Shown here piece after piece: positions 1-13,400 of a stretch of 64,000 bases of DNA. Positions within the stretch are counted from its first letter, which is position 1, and each line of letters opens with the position of its first letter. Location of the stretch: NCBI RefSeq assembly GCF_964194155.1, contig NC_135887.1, forward strand, positions 40,238,001-40,302,000. The letters are read 5' to 3'. The notes beneath the pieces were generated by a model, which was not told the DNA's origin, searched no databases, and saw only the letters and a program-made list of their open reading frames with translations. Source of the stretch: Cetorhinus maximus (Eukaryota). The position numbers and the translations under genes are program-made.

Positions 1-547
1 AAGTCTCTGAAATGCTACTTACTGTTCAGTCTTTTAAAACTCAACCAGTGGTTTCAGCCCAATAAATAGGTCAATTCATTTTCAACTGAAGCACGCCTTT
101 ATAACACCTCCCCACCAGGCTACAAGTATTTCATTACAATGTTCTTCAGCAGGAAAAAAAGACACACACATACTCAAAAACTCACTCACATCAATCTTAC
201 AATTGCTACAGCTGACATGTCTGCAATAGCAATTTTCGGTTCAAGTTTGATTTCCTCATCACCCTCTTTGGATAAGCCACAATTATAAATAAAACCCTTT
301 TGGTGTTTGGTCTTTTGTTTTGAAAACCTGCATTCTATCCCTTTCCCCTTCTAAATTCCTGTTAAGTGTCATCTAGGGGGTTTGGATTTTCGCTGGCATC
401 TGTTCATATTGTTCTAGGAATTTTAATACCAGCAGACATACAGTCTTTTGTGAGGTTTGGGCTAAAGGGAAGGGTCAAGTTCAATAGTTGAGCTTTTGAG
501 GAGGCTGAATTTCATAGGATGCTCTAGAGACATCTTTTCTGTCCCAA
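1..547 (-). mobile_element. 3' end (PPT and start of 3' LTR) of the older minus-strand LTR element
   Basis: The minus strand reads GGTGGGGAGG (116-107) directly followed by TGTTATAA (from 106), the same terminus as the LTR at 553. Confidence 0.55.
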
Positions 548-3512
548 GGCTTTGTTATAAAGCTATTAATGTATATAATATTATTCGAAAATATTTTTCT
601 CCTAAAATAGAGGTTTTGCCTATGGGTGTGTCTTAATTGGATTAAAGCCAGCTAGTCTGGGTGCTTTGATGTGTACTAGTTTTGATATGTAAGAGAGATA
701 GTGTGCATTTGCATTTTTTGAATAGAGCATTCAAGAAGTAGGGAGAAAACGGACACCTATCTAGCAGCTACCAAGCAATATGTTTATATTACTAATAAAA
801 TCGGTACTATGAAAGGGGTTTCATTGTTAATAGTTGGAGCTCAAAGAGGCTGGTGAGGCAATGAGAATTTGTATTCAATCAGTGGGGTATGTATCTTCGG
901 GAAGGTATTTTAATGAGAAAGTGGCGGTCGGATCATGCATCAGTAAATGAAAGTTGGAGGGAGGTGCATCAGATTGTTATCCCATTAGGGTATAGAGATT
1001 CTGAGGATTGCTCATGAAATTCCAATGGGGGGTCATTTAGCAATTAGGAAAACGCAGGAAAAGATACAGAGGTTTTTTTGGCCAGGATTGCATAGGGATG
1101 TAGTCAAATTCTGTAGAACCTGTTATATACGTCAAGTAACAGGAAAACCACAAGCAGTGATTAATCCGGCACCTTTAATCCCAATACCAGCATTTGAAGA
1201 ACCTTTTACCTGGGTCATTATTAATTGTGTAGGACCTCTCCCTAAGACTAAAAGTGGAAATCAATATTTACTGACAATAATGGATGTGTCTACCAGGTTT
1301 CCTGAAGCGATGCCTTTGAGAAATATTGCAACTAAGAAGATTTTGGAGGTGTTAACTAATTTTTTAATAAGATATGGTTTACCTAAGGGAATATAATCAG
1401 ATCAGGGGTCAATTTCATGTCACAGCTGATTAAGCAGTAAAGAACAGTTTAGAGATAAAACAGTTTAAGTCAACAGCTTATCATTGGGACTCACAAGGAG
1501 CTTTGGAAAGATGGCAACAAATTTTAAAAACTATGATAACAGCATACTGTCAGAATTGTGCACCGGATTGGGATACAGGAATTCTACTTTTGTTATTTGC
1601 TATTAGAGACGCTCCTAATACATCAACTGGTTTTAGCCCTTTTGAACTAGTTTATGGTCATGAGGTAAGGGGACCACTGAAATTAATTCATGAGAAATTG
1701 ATGGGTCAAAATTCAGAAATTACTCTCCTGGATTATGTATCAAATGTCAGGGAAACATTGAACAGAACGTATAAGCTGGCTAGGGAATATTTAAAGATAT
1801 CACAGCAAGTGATGAAAGTGAAAGCAGGTAAGAAGGCTAAAATTCACAGTTTTGTTTCTGGAGAGAGAGTATTAGTTTTGTCACCAGTACTAGGTGATTC
1901 ATTAAATGCAAAATTTAGTGGGCCTTACAGGATTGAAAAGAAATTGAGTGAAGTAAATTATTTAATAAATACTCCAGATAGAAGAAAGAAGTAGAGGGTG
2001 TGTCAAGTAAATATGCTTAAAAAGTACTTTGACAGGGAAGAGGAACAAAAAGAGATATTAGTGATGGTGGATGATGAGAAAGAGGTAGAAGTGCAGGACT
2101 CTGAAATTGGTTTTCCTCTAATCAAATTGGATAATGAGGAGCTGCTTGAAAATTTAAATGAAATATTGAGTTACCTTCCAAGCAAGTGTCAAAGTGATTT
2201 GGAAAAGCTATTGCAGTCACACAAACCTATTTGTGGAAATAAGTTGGGAAAGACACATTTAGCTTTACATGATGTATGTATAGGAATATCACCTTCAATA
2301 AGACAACAACTTATAGATTAAACCTGGCAAAGTTATCACAAGTACAAAAAGAAATTGATTTCATGCTTCAAAATGATATCATTAAGTCTAGATGCAGTAA
2401 CTGGAGTTCACCTATTGTACTGGTACCGAAACTGAATGGAACACAAAGACTGTGTGTGGACTATCAAAAGGTGAATGCGGTGACAAAAGTGGATTCATAT
2501 CCTATACCATGGTTGCATTGAGAAAGTGGAACAATCGAAATTTATTACAAAGGTTGATTTGTTAAAAGGATTTTGGCAGGTCCCGTTGTTGAAGAGGACA
2601 AAGGAGGTATCAGCTTTTGTAACGCCAAGTGGACTATATCAGTTTAAAGTCATGCCATTTGGTATGAAGAATGCACCTGCGATATTTCAAAAACTGACAA
2701 AGTAATTTCAAGTCTAAGCAATTGTGCGGTTTATATTGATGCTCTAATTGTTTTCAGTCAGGTGTGGGAGGAGCATTTACAGCATCTGGAAGAATTATTT
2801 ACTCGACTATAAGAATCTAATTTGGTGATGAACTTGGCTAAAAGTGAATTTGCAAAAGCACAAGTTACATATCTTGGCCATACCATTGGACATGGTAAGG
2901 TGGCTCCGAGAAGTTTTGAGATTTCTGGGCATGAGTGGGTTTCACCGGAAATTTGTACCAAATTTTAGCCAAGTGATTGCTCCACTGTCTGAACTATTAA
3001 AAAACAACAAGTTTCAATGGACACTGGTGTGTCAGAAGTTATTCAATAGTTTGAAAACTGTATTAACTACAACACCAGGTTTGGCAGTACCCAATTATGC
3101 CAAGCAGTTCAAGTTGGCCGTTAATGCAAGTGATAGAGGCATTGGGGCTGTACTGTTACAAGAAGATGACACTGGAATTGAAAAGCCAATAGGGTATTTT
3201 TCACGGAAGCTGAATGTACAGCAGAGAAGATATTCAACAATCGAAAAAGAGACTTTGAGTTTGGTTTTAGCATTGCAGCATTTTGAAATTTATGTTGCAA
3301 ACAATTCATCAGAAAAAATCATTTATACAGACCATAATCCCTTGAAGTTTTTGGACAAATTTCGAGACACAAGTGCAAGGCTTTTCAGATGGAGTCTATT
3401 ATTACATTTAATCTACGTATTATACATATTGCTGGAAGAGAAAATCTGTTCGCAGATGCATTATCAAGAGTTTGAAGCTTAAAGGAAAATGGGACATTGA
3501 AAAAAAATCCTG

Positions 3513-4220
3513 GGGCTGAATTTTCTGGCTGACATGCAGGTGGTGAAGCCTGCCCATCAGTGCTTAAAATGTCACGCGCTGACGTCGCACGAGCATCCCG
3601 ACGTCAGCGCACGGCATCGCGATGTTTGGGTCGGCGGGTGCGCTATGCAGCACGATGCATGCCCGCCATTAAATAAAGGCCTTGTTAAGGCCATTGAGTC
3701 AGCAATTGACAACAATTTTGAGGAGCCTGTGCGAACTTCTGCTCGGCGCACGGGCCCAACGGGCAGGCAGGTAAGTGATTTTTTAACAAACCTCATCCAC
3801 TGGCAGGATAAGGTTTGAGTTCAGATTTTAAAAAGTTTAATAAAGTTTTTGTGTACTTTATTAACAAGTCCCATCTCGTGTGACATTTTCACATGAGGGG
3901 GACATGTTAATGATTTTCTTATTTTTCTATTTTTCAACTTTCACAACCTTTCAGCGCTCTCCCTGAGGCATCATTTAGCCTCAGGGAGATGTGCGCTCTT
4001 TTGCGTGCATGCACGAAAGAGTGCACTCTCGCCATTGGGGAATCCCCCCTGCCCGCACAGGAAGCGCATAGCGCTTCCCGTCGGGCGTCATGCTGGGCGG
4101 GCCTTAATTGGCCCGCCCACGTAAAATGGCGGCGGGGCCCGTTTCGGTGGTGACGATCGGCTGCCCGCCCGCTGCCAAGTCGGTCGGGCTCACCCACCCA
4201 TCAAGGGCAAAATTCAGCCC
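3513..4220. mobile_element. PIF/Harbinger non-autonomous element (MITE)
   Basis: TIRs GGGCTGAATTTT / AAAATTCAGCCC; 3-bp TSD CTG; GC/CpG-rich; inserted between pol and the PPT of the Gypsy element. Confidence 0.88.
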
Positions 4221-4403
4221 CTGGACACTGAACTGGAGTGATTTCTGTTGATACCAAGGACTTGTGATATATATATATTAATGTTAATGCATGTGTCTGG
4301 TAATGTAATAGTGTAATAAGTATAGGAGATGGTGTGAGATGGGTTATTAAACTGAAGCCATCTTTTAGAATTATGACAGTTCATTTTTCAATAAGGAGGG
4401 GGA

Positions 4404-5176
4404 TGTCATGAAGCTATTAATGTATATATTATTGGAAAATATTTTTCTTTTAAAATGGAGGTTTAGTCTGTGGGTGTGTCTTAATTGGATTAAAGCCAGC
4501 TAGTTTGGGTGCTTTGATGTGTACTAGTTTTGATATGTAAGAGAGATAGTGTGCATTTGCATTTTTTGAATAGAACATTCAAGAAGTAGGGTGAAAACGG
4601 ACACCTATCTAGCAGCTACCAAGCAATATGTTTATATTACTAATAAAATTGGTACTATAAAAGGGGTTTCATTGTTAAAAGGTGGAGTTCAAAGAGGCTG
4701 GTGAGACAATGAGAATTTGCATTCAATCAGTGATGGTAGGTATAACAAGACAACCATTTTTGTGTGTACAGAGCAGAGACAATGTGAGATCAAAAGACAG
4801 CTGTAAGTCTCCAATTCTCTCCACAGGAACCAAAGTGAAAAGAACCTCATTTTGAATTCATAAGGTAAAAATGCTTTGCTTGGTGTCTGGTTAAGTCTAT
4901 GGGTTGCTGTTGCCTTAATGGAGATTAGTTTGGGAATTTGTTAAAAGTTATGATAGTAGTAATTGGTAGCCATGTGTATATATATTTAAACCTGTGTAAA
5001 TTAATAAAATGTTTCATTTAGTTTAATGAAAAACCTCGAGAACTAGTGGCCTGATTCCTGAGTTTAGAGTCGCATCTCAAACATAACACTTAAAATTATA
5101 GGCTATGACAGTTGTTTAAAGTTTCCCACTGGAATTTTTAAATAACTCAGCTTTACCAACTGCATCGATCATAACA
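4404..5176 (+). repeat. 3' LTR of the Gmr1-type element
   Basis: Starts TGTCA directly after the PPT, ends ATAACA before the TSD; contains AATAAA; direct repeat of 553-890. Confidence 0.9.
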
Positions 5177-5181
5177 GGCTT

Positions 5182-7150
5182 GTACTATACAAATTTCTGG
5201 TACTGCATTGTTGCATTGCCTGTAAGGTCATTAACTCTTGATTGCTGTTTCCACTACCCATGGGTCTAATAGTTCAGGATCTGGCTCGTTGATAATTCCT
5301 ATTTCCAGGTGACAGTGGCTGATAAACTGGTGTTAAACCCCTGTGAGACATCTGGGTTCTCCTCCTGCACATTGTCTCTAGTGGGCCCTGAAGGTAAATT
5401 GTTGGGTTCGCTTATCTTTGAATTTAGAACCTGACCATTTGATTCTTCATTGGGAAAATCCACACTGACTTCACTTTTATTTTCCTTGTGGTTTTCATAA
5501 GAGCTGCTCATTTTAGGGCATATTACCTTCCCTTTTTACTTTACTTTGTAGATGGGTTTTCCCATTCTACTGGCTCCATCTTGGCCACTTAAACCCTACT
5601 GGCTTTCCTTAAGCCTCCTTAATCCTTACTCGCCCTATAGCACCCTGTGGGATTTTTGGGACTTTCTCAGCCCCCTGCAGCTGTGCAGAATTTTGCTTGT
5701 TCCCCTCAGTTTCCCCAGTCTCCATGGGCTGCTCTAGGCCCTCTGGGCACAATACCTGACATCCTACCAAGTCATTGCCCAGCAGTAGGTCATCCTCCTG
5801 CGTTGGTAAGCTCAGAATGACCCCGACCATCACTACACTGCTGACTAACAGGTAGATTTTAACAAAGGGAACATTCAAGCATTTGCCTTTTTATTTAAAC
5901 CAATACAGTGGTATTTGTTCTGCTTTTGGGTGGCATCTCTGCACCTTCATGGCTACAGAAACTATCTTGACTGCAGCATCTCCAGTTGGTCTTTTGGAAG
6001 GCCAACAACTTTCTCTTATCCAGAATTTCCACACTGAAAATAGAGTGGGCAGGCCCATGCTTGTTTGCCATCTTGATTCCTTCTTTTAAAAGTTGGAGAC
6101 TGGTCTGTTTTTTCTTCCCCACTCTCCTTTTCTCACAAGCCTATTTTGGCTTTTTATACGTCCCTCCTATCTCCCCCTAGCCTGAAAGAGTTATCATTTC
6201 CAAGTTTACTTTAAGTTAGGGGTCCATGTGTTAATTCATAGTCATCTGCTATGATGACAGCTTGTCTAGCTTTAAAGACACTTTGTTCCTTTGCATGGGT
6301 TTTTATGGGAAGGGTTGTGAGTTTTGAGCTCCTCAAGGAGACTCACATCTATGAGGCTTTCATATGTGGAATCTATTTTAAGCGCCCGTATCCATTGGTC
6401 AAAAGCAAGTTGCTTAACCCTTTTGAACTGGGTACAAGTTTGCTCAGGCCACTTCCAGGAAGTTTGGACTTCTTGGTGGTATGCCTCTGCTACCAGGTTG
6501 TATGCGCTCAGGATAGCATTTTTGGTCATCCCACAGTTTGCTGAACTCTTGTTGGAGAATAGGGAATAACTCTCATGGGCTTTTCCTGTTTAATCTGTTT
6601 TGCAGTAGAAGGTACCAAGCTTCCGCTGGCCACTTCAACCTTGCAAGATTTTCAAATGAGACAAAAAATGCTTCTGCATCCACTTCATTAAATCTGGGTA
6701 CCAACAGTGAGTACTTCAAGAACTCAGTGCTCAGTCCTGAACTAGGATCATTTCCCTCACTAGTGGTGTCTTCACTTGGTATACTGGGTTCCTTACTCAG
6801 TTCTAGTTGCCTTAATTCTCTTTCTTGCTTTTCCCTCTGGAAGGGTCTTTCTCTCTCCCTTTCGTAGAATTCTCTTTCTTCCTTTCTTTCTTGCCTTTCC
6901 CTATCCCTTTCATTTTCTTTGAATTCTCTTTCCTCCTTTTCCTTTCTCTCCTGCCTTTCCCTTTCTTTTTCTCTGGCTTGGTAGTCTACCTCTAGTTTCT
7001 CCTGCTCCAGTAGTATCTTTGTTAATGCTAGCCTGATTCCATGCCTGCCTCCTGTTCTTCAGGTTCAATTGCAAAATGGGCGGCCAAAAGTTTGAGGAAT
7101 TTGACCAATAAAATCCAAATTTAGATAATGTTCCAAAATTTGTCAACGTC
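5182..7150 (-). mobile_element. Decayed gag (SCAN-like capsid) and protease region of a second, older Gmr1-type element that hosts the plus-strand insertion
   Basis: Minus-strand fragments VPRFNEVDAEAFFVSFE, KNAILSAYNLVAEAYHQ and LLLGNDL; charged coiled-coil-like purine-rich tract at ~6830-6970. Confidence 0.7.
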
Positions 7151-8629
7151 AACAGTCAATTGGAAATAATTAGTTGGCAAAATAGGGTGTGGCTAGCACT
7201 GTTCCCTCTGCCTCTGGTAGTTTGTAAACAGTCCATACTAATGGAAATTCAAATCTTGTCTCCTTGCGTAGTGCTTGAGTGTAAGTGAAATGAGTTTTGG
7301 GTGTTTTAACTCAGTTTCCAGCAGACCATAGCTAAGGCTGATAACAGCTGCAATATCTCACCTCCAGCATGCAGATGAAATTCAATCAAGCATCAGTTCT
7401 GTAGGAAGATAAATGTTGATTTATAATCACTGACTTTTGTCCTACCCAAAATAAAACTTTGAGAGGCCAACTATTAACCTATATCCTAGGCTACGGCACA
7501 GGGATGTAAAATCACCAGATTAGAAGCAGGGAATGTGTTATTACATAAATTACATGTAATGGTGTAATAGGCTATTCAAATGAATGACAAAGCTGGTTGC
7601 ATATCAACAGAAATGTCTTGCTTATCAACAGAAATGTATTATACACCAACTCTTGCCTGTTACCTGTATTTGTATCTTATTGCCTTTTTTTGGTATGTTA
7701 TCCTTTTGTGCTCATCGCTGTGAAGAATGTCAGTGTTGAAGACTGAATTACTGTCCCACTTCTCACACCAGTGGCAATGGCTCCCACATCAAGATTGTGT
7801 TAAAACTACCGAGGAGTTCTCATTCCCTTCTGTCCCAACAAATATTCACAAACTCAACTTCAGGAAAACACCCTTAGGCCTCACAGACCTCTCCATCCAC
7901 CCCCTGTATTCCATGAGCCCGTTGTGCTTCTGGTGCCTGTCTGTTTGTTAGCCCCTAAACATTTTGAAATGGATGTGCCTATGGTCTGCGTGGACCTCAC
8001 CCATCCCCACCTTGAGGTCATTAACATTGTTCAACATATATCCCCCGCACCCTCCCCCCAATCATGTGTCTGGGTGGAACCTTCCCCATTTGTAAGCCCC
8101 AGGACAGGCCTAGCCCTGCAGCCCCTTCTCCTTCCTGAGACCAGCTACCCCCTTCCCCAGTGGAGCCCTAGCCCTGCAGTCCATTAAAAGCCATCTCTGC
8201 CTTACCGCTGGACTTGCCTGTGACCCCCCTGAAAGCGATCTGGTGCTACTTGTGAAGCCTGGCACTGATTCCTGTGAGTGATGCAAGGCAGGCAAACCAG
8301 CCTCGAAGTGATAAGCGAAGTGCAGGTCACTAGGTGCACGAATTTTATGCACTGTTGTGAAATACAGCATTCTAATTGCATGCTGACATGGTCTGATAAT
8401 CAGCGTGGGGGATTAATTCCAGTAAGCAGGACTTATAATGAGATGGAAATGTATTAAAACGACATTCCTGACATGCAGCAGCATGAAGCATGGTCCGCCA
8501 TTGATGGGTGGAGTAGACAAATGCAAACTGGTTTTACACCAACATAAAACCAATTTTTGCAATCTTGTCATATTTTCCGCTACTGTCCGGCATGAAAGTC
8601 CAATAAAAATCAGTGGTATACTGACTCCC

Positions 8630-9562
8630 AGCCCGCCGCTCCCACCCTCCAGGATCATGCCACCACCAAACACATCTTTGCCTCCCCTATCCCTTTCAAT
8701 TTTTCAAAGGAACTTTTCCCTCCACTGAACTCTGGTCGTGTCTATCTTTACCTCCAACATGTCCCTTTCACAAGGCACCTTCCATGCAAGCACAGGAGTT
8801 GAAACGTCTACCTTTTTACCACCTCCTTTGCCACTGTCCAGGGCCCAAATGCTTCTTCCAGGTGAAGTAGCAATTTACATGTACGTCTTTCAATCTAGTA
8901 TACTATAATTGCTACTCACAATGCACATCTCCAAATTGGGCAGTCTAAACTCAAATAGGTTTATTGCTTTGCTGAACACTTCTATTTAGTCTGCAAGCAT
9001 GACGCTGAACTCCAGGCACTTGTCATTTTAATTCTCTGCTCACTCCCATTCTATGTTCTCTGTCCTTGGCCCCATGAACTGTTCTAATGAAGCACAACAG
9101 AAGCTTGAAGAACAGCATCTTATCTCTTGATTATGCAGCCTTCAAGACTCAACACTGAGTTCAACAATTTCAGATCATAACTAATGCTACCATTTTTTCA
9201 CACAGTCCCTTTTGGTAATGAGATTGCCGTTGGCATTTACAGCTCCTCTAGTCCCTTTTCTTGCTCCACTCTAACCCTTTTTGCCTTGTACCATTATCCC
9301 TATTGTCATTTAATCATTCCTGCCTTCCATCCTATATCAGACATTCCCTTTTGCTCCTTCTGCTTCCCCCCCCAGCTTTCTTTGCCTCTGTACTTGATTA
9401 AAACTTGTTACGTCTCTAACTTTTTCCAGTTCTGATAAAAGGTCATTGACCTGAAAATTTAATTCTGTTTTCTCTCCACAGATGCTGCCTGGCCAGCTCA
9501 GTATTTCCAGTATTTTCTTTTTATATTTCAGGTTTCCAGCATCTGCAGTATTTTGTTTTCAG
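8630..9562 (+). mobile_element. Penelope-like element 3' remnant (GIY-YIG region and terminal repeat)
   Basis: Decayed coding for SFQVK..FTCTSFNLVY...FAEH...HFNS...KLEEQHL...GLNTEFNNFR, then the CTGA..GAAA / CACAGATGCTG...CCAGCATCTGCAG terminal repeat. Confidence 0.75.
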
Positions 9563-9792
9563 TTAGAAAAATTTGCTGATAGCGTAGAGTTGTGTAGAAA
9601 CTAACATTCTGAACCTGCATCATTCCATCACATAGTATTGAAATCAATGATTCAATTCAATTACCTCAAGAGCTTTGCTGTTTCTAAATTCAATACACTG
9701 CCAACCTGATATGCTGACTGTTGCGACAGTGGGACAGAAAGCAATAAAACGAGAACTTGCTTCAGGTACAAAGAGTGAAAATTTGTATTTTC

Positions 9793-9798
9793 TTTATT
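9793..9798 (-). terminator. Candidate tbl2 polyadenylation signal (AATAAA)
   Basis: TTTATT on the plus strand about 220 nt past the stop codon; no transcript evidence available. Confidence 0.55.
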
Positions 9799-10017
9799 TA
9801 CAGAAATTCTGCTCCAAACAAAACAGATTCAAACTCAGTCCTGAGCAACAAATTCCACTGGTCCTTTTCCTGATGGCTGGAACCTAATGGCAAGGGATAT
9901 CGTATTCACTTTATGTACAAACAATGTAGAGTTAAAGTGAAGTCACAAATATTCCTGAGCCTACAAAGGAGATCCAGAAACACACAAAGCCAAAGGCAAC
10001 ATTAGTTTGTTGCAGTT

Positions 10018-10474
10018 TTATTCTTTCTTTATACACACAGCCTCTAATGCGCCCTGTGCATCATCAATCTGCTGCTGCAATCTCTCTCGCATCGCTTCAT
10101 TTGTTGCTTTCTTTAGCCTGCCTTCCATCTCTTCAATAACCGCACGGTATCCCACCACGTTGTGGAAGACCCGGATTGCACGGTCACCACACGAAACTAA
10201 AAACCTACTGTTGATGTCAAATGCCAAGTCAGCAATCTCCTCCCCGTGCACATTTAAAAACTCTTCCTCCTGCTTGCCTGTCTTGGCGCTATGCACTGTG
10301 ATGTTGAAGCCACTGGAGATAGCTACCACCCTAGCATCAGGAGAAAGAGCGATTCGGCAGGGATCGGAGACATTGCATTTCATAGTGTACAGCAAGTAGG
10401 GGTCCTGCTGCTGTTTGTACTCAACATCAGTGTCCCACAGCTTCCAGGTGCCATCTTTAGAAACTGTTGCCATT
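10018..10474 (-). CDS. tbl2: tbl2 exon 7 (last coding exon)
   Basis: MATVSKDGTWKLWDTDVEY...LEAVCIKKE-stop; CAG acceptor at 10475-10477. Confidence 0.95.
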
Positions 10475-13400
10475 CTGTTCAGGAAACAAATTAGATAAAT
10501 AATGTTCCAATAATTATCCATGCCTGTAAATTCTGTTTTCTAAAAAATCACAACCCACAGAAAACTAGATTCTGTAGCTTCGACAACTTGCAACCAATTA
10601 ATAATTTAAATTAGTAAGTTATTCTGAACCCACGAGTTAATGATTTATCCCAGCTAACCAATTAATAACTCACTAGCAACTCACCAGTTAAAATGTAGTA
10701 CCTTTATCTTTCCCTCTTTTAGCTTTCGTTAATTCAAACACTAAAACCTAACTGAAAGCAGATGAGCTGCTCACAGGACTTTGCCAATTTTGCTCTCTAA
10801 TTGCAAGAAGCAAATGGAGCAGTCAATTAGATACTATAACCACCCAATATACTAATATACATAGATTAACGACTGTGCTGGCATTACACAATGTACAAAC
10901 TAAACAAAAGATAATCATCTGGTACAACAAAAATCACATTTTCATCCTTCCACTCACAGGGTTTAGTCTTTTTGTGATCTCAGGTTCTCTTGCCCAAATC
11001 AAAAAGAGAACCAGAGCCTAGGGGCTATAACCTAATCTACTTGGTCTATATCAACAGATATTTGTTCAATTAGACAACAGATTGTTTGGGCCCGAAATCA
11101 ATATTCAAATATGATGCCAAAATTCAAAAAGGGGAACAAGGCAAAACTAGAAAGTTATAGAACCATTAGTTTGAGTTTGGTTTTCGGAAAGTTTTTAAAA
11201 GGGATCGTTAGTGGTCCTCTGTGTGTGTGCTATGACTGAAAGAAGTTGTTAGAGACTCTCAACATGTCTTCTGGTAAATGAAGCCATGTCTTATTAAACT
11301 GTAGAATTGTTTGATGAAGATTTTAGGTCGGTGGATGTAGATAGCTCAGTTGGCATTGTATGCTTACATTTTCAAAAAGCTTTTGATGAAGTGCCACACA
11401 ATACACCACTAAATAAGATGTAGTTCTGTGAGACTGGCAGGCAGATCTTGGGGTAGATAGAAAAAATTGATCATATCCTCCTAGATAGAAAGTTGTTATT
11501 GTTGAGTGGCTCTGTGTGGTGACTGAATCGCATAGAAATCAGTCTTGGGACAACTGCTCTTCACCATCTTTATTATCTGGACAATAGCAATGGAAAAACT
11601 ATCTGCAAGCTTGCAGAAGATCCAAACATTAGTGTAAATGTTAAACCTTAGATGAGAAAAAAAAACAATGACAATCCAATCCAATACAATGGGCCCACAT
11701 CTGGTGAAAGTAATTTAGCATGGATAAATGTAGTATCATGGCGGGTGGGGGAAGGGGTGTGAAGGGACGTAAATGAACAGCAAGCACATGTACATTATGG
11801 AGGATTCAGAGCTTAAGGCTGTTATGTGGAAAAGGAACCTAGTTGTTATATTAAGTTCATAATGAGTGTCACAAACATAAGAGATTACATTGCTAGATCT
11901 GATGCAGAACAAAAAGCAAAAGCCCTTATAAATGTCCTCATTAAAATAGTGCATCTAAATTTGGTCCCTTCAGATGGGAGCTGATCTAGAGGCTCTGAAA
12001 AAGGCTCAAAGGAGGACATTTAGTTACAGCTATCAGTATATTCAGATGGTTCTTTTTATTTTAGAAAGGTCTAGACTGCAAGGATATTTGTTAGAGATCT
12101 TTAAATTAATGAAGGAACAGAAGCTGTCCTTGCGAACAAATTATTAGAATTATATTGGGTTAAGAGGACAAGGGGAAATGCATACAAGTTACATCACACA
12201 GATCCAGGTTAGCTGTCAGAAAGTGTTCTATTTACAGAGGGTCACGACCTCTGGAATAAGTTACCAGCAGTGAGTACAGTTTTGCTACAGGGACTCAAAG
12301 GCAGCTTGATTTCTAACTTTGACTGATATTGCAGCTTACAGGAGGTAGGTGGAGCATTTGGCGATAAATCTGATAGTCACCGGTCTCCTGTTTTGATCGC
12401 CTCAGGGGAATCAGAGATGAATTTCTCAGAATTTTTCCCTGAAATGGTCTAGGATTTTTTTCTGTGTTGGTCTGGTGGTTGGGAGGCCATGGTGTTCTTG
12501 ATGTTCAACTGCTCCATGACGACATGGGACAAGATCCTACCTTTGTGAAAAACGTATTAAAAAAAACTGATCTTGATAGTAATTTTGTTTCTCTGTGAAC
12601 TCTGGCTCTCTTAGTCCATGCAACATTAAATCTCGCTGTCGCAATGGTTTGAAAGATGTTGTTGACTGCATATAAATAAAACACTGAAATCAGTGGGATG
12701 GATGCTTTTTAAACAATACATGCTACTTAGGTACCGTATGTAGGGTGATCGTACAATAGGGTCTCACCTTCTGGAGTCATTGGAGAAAGCAAACGAGTAA
12801 ATACCAGCTGAATGACCCTTTAGATCAAAAGCCCTCATCACTTCCCGGAATGTGCCCGATTTGGTAAAACAGACTTCCCAAACTTTCACATCTGGTGTAA
12901 AGCCACATGAAGCCACAAACCTGCAGAAATGGAAATGAACCATGATCCATCAAATGATGTTTTTAAAAGCCATACAATCTGATTGTGACATAACCTTTGC
13001 TTACAGCACCTGATAAACAGTGAAGATTGACAACAATGTGAAGCTACCTCTCAAACACTGGCTGCAAAGTGGCATTTGCTCAGTCCCAATACAGCTTTCT
13101 GTGTTGGCCTTCCCTCTCTTTACTACACCAGTGTATATGGTATTCCTGCTGGGTTTGGGTTATTTAATGCCAAAGTGAATGACACTGACCTTCCACAAGG
13201 AGACACTATGGCGTATGCATTGTTCATCTGGTTAGTGTTAATTGTAGCCAGAACCTCTCCTTTCAGGTCCCAGATCAGGATGGTAGTGTCATTTGACGCA
13301 GACATAATGAACTTTCCTAGAATTAAGATTAAAATAGACACATAGTTAACATATTTTGCTCTGTACAGAGTATTTATAGTTGACAGTCCTACTGCAGCAA

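Larger units (their letters stand above)
553..5176 (+). mobile_element. Gmr1-type Gypsy LTR retrotransposon, internally deleted and decayed (integrase-RT-RNaseH order)
   Basis: 5-bp TSD GGCTT at 548-552 and 5177-5181. Partial 5' LTR 553-~890 matches 3' LTR 4404-5176 (TG...CA). PPT at 4393-4403. Integrase (GGHL..C..C, GPLPKTKSGNQYLLTIMD) at ~1000-2000, then RT (WSSPIVLVPK..RLCVDY) and RNase H (YSTIEKETL, YTDHNPL) to ~3480. Many stops and frameshifts. Confidence 0.93.

Noticed and set aside
7150-8620. Possible additional gene or element between the Gypsy cluster and the Penelope remnant
   Set aside because: Only short ORFs without recognisable motifs; I could not define termini or a family.
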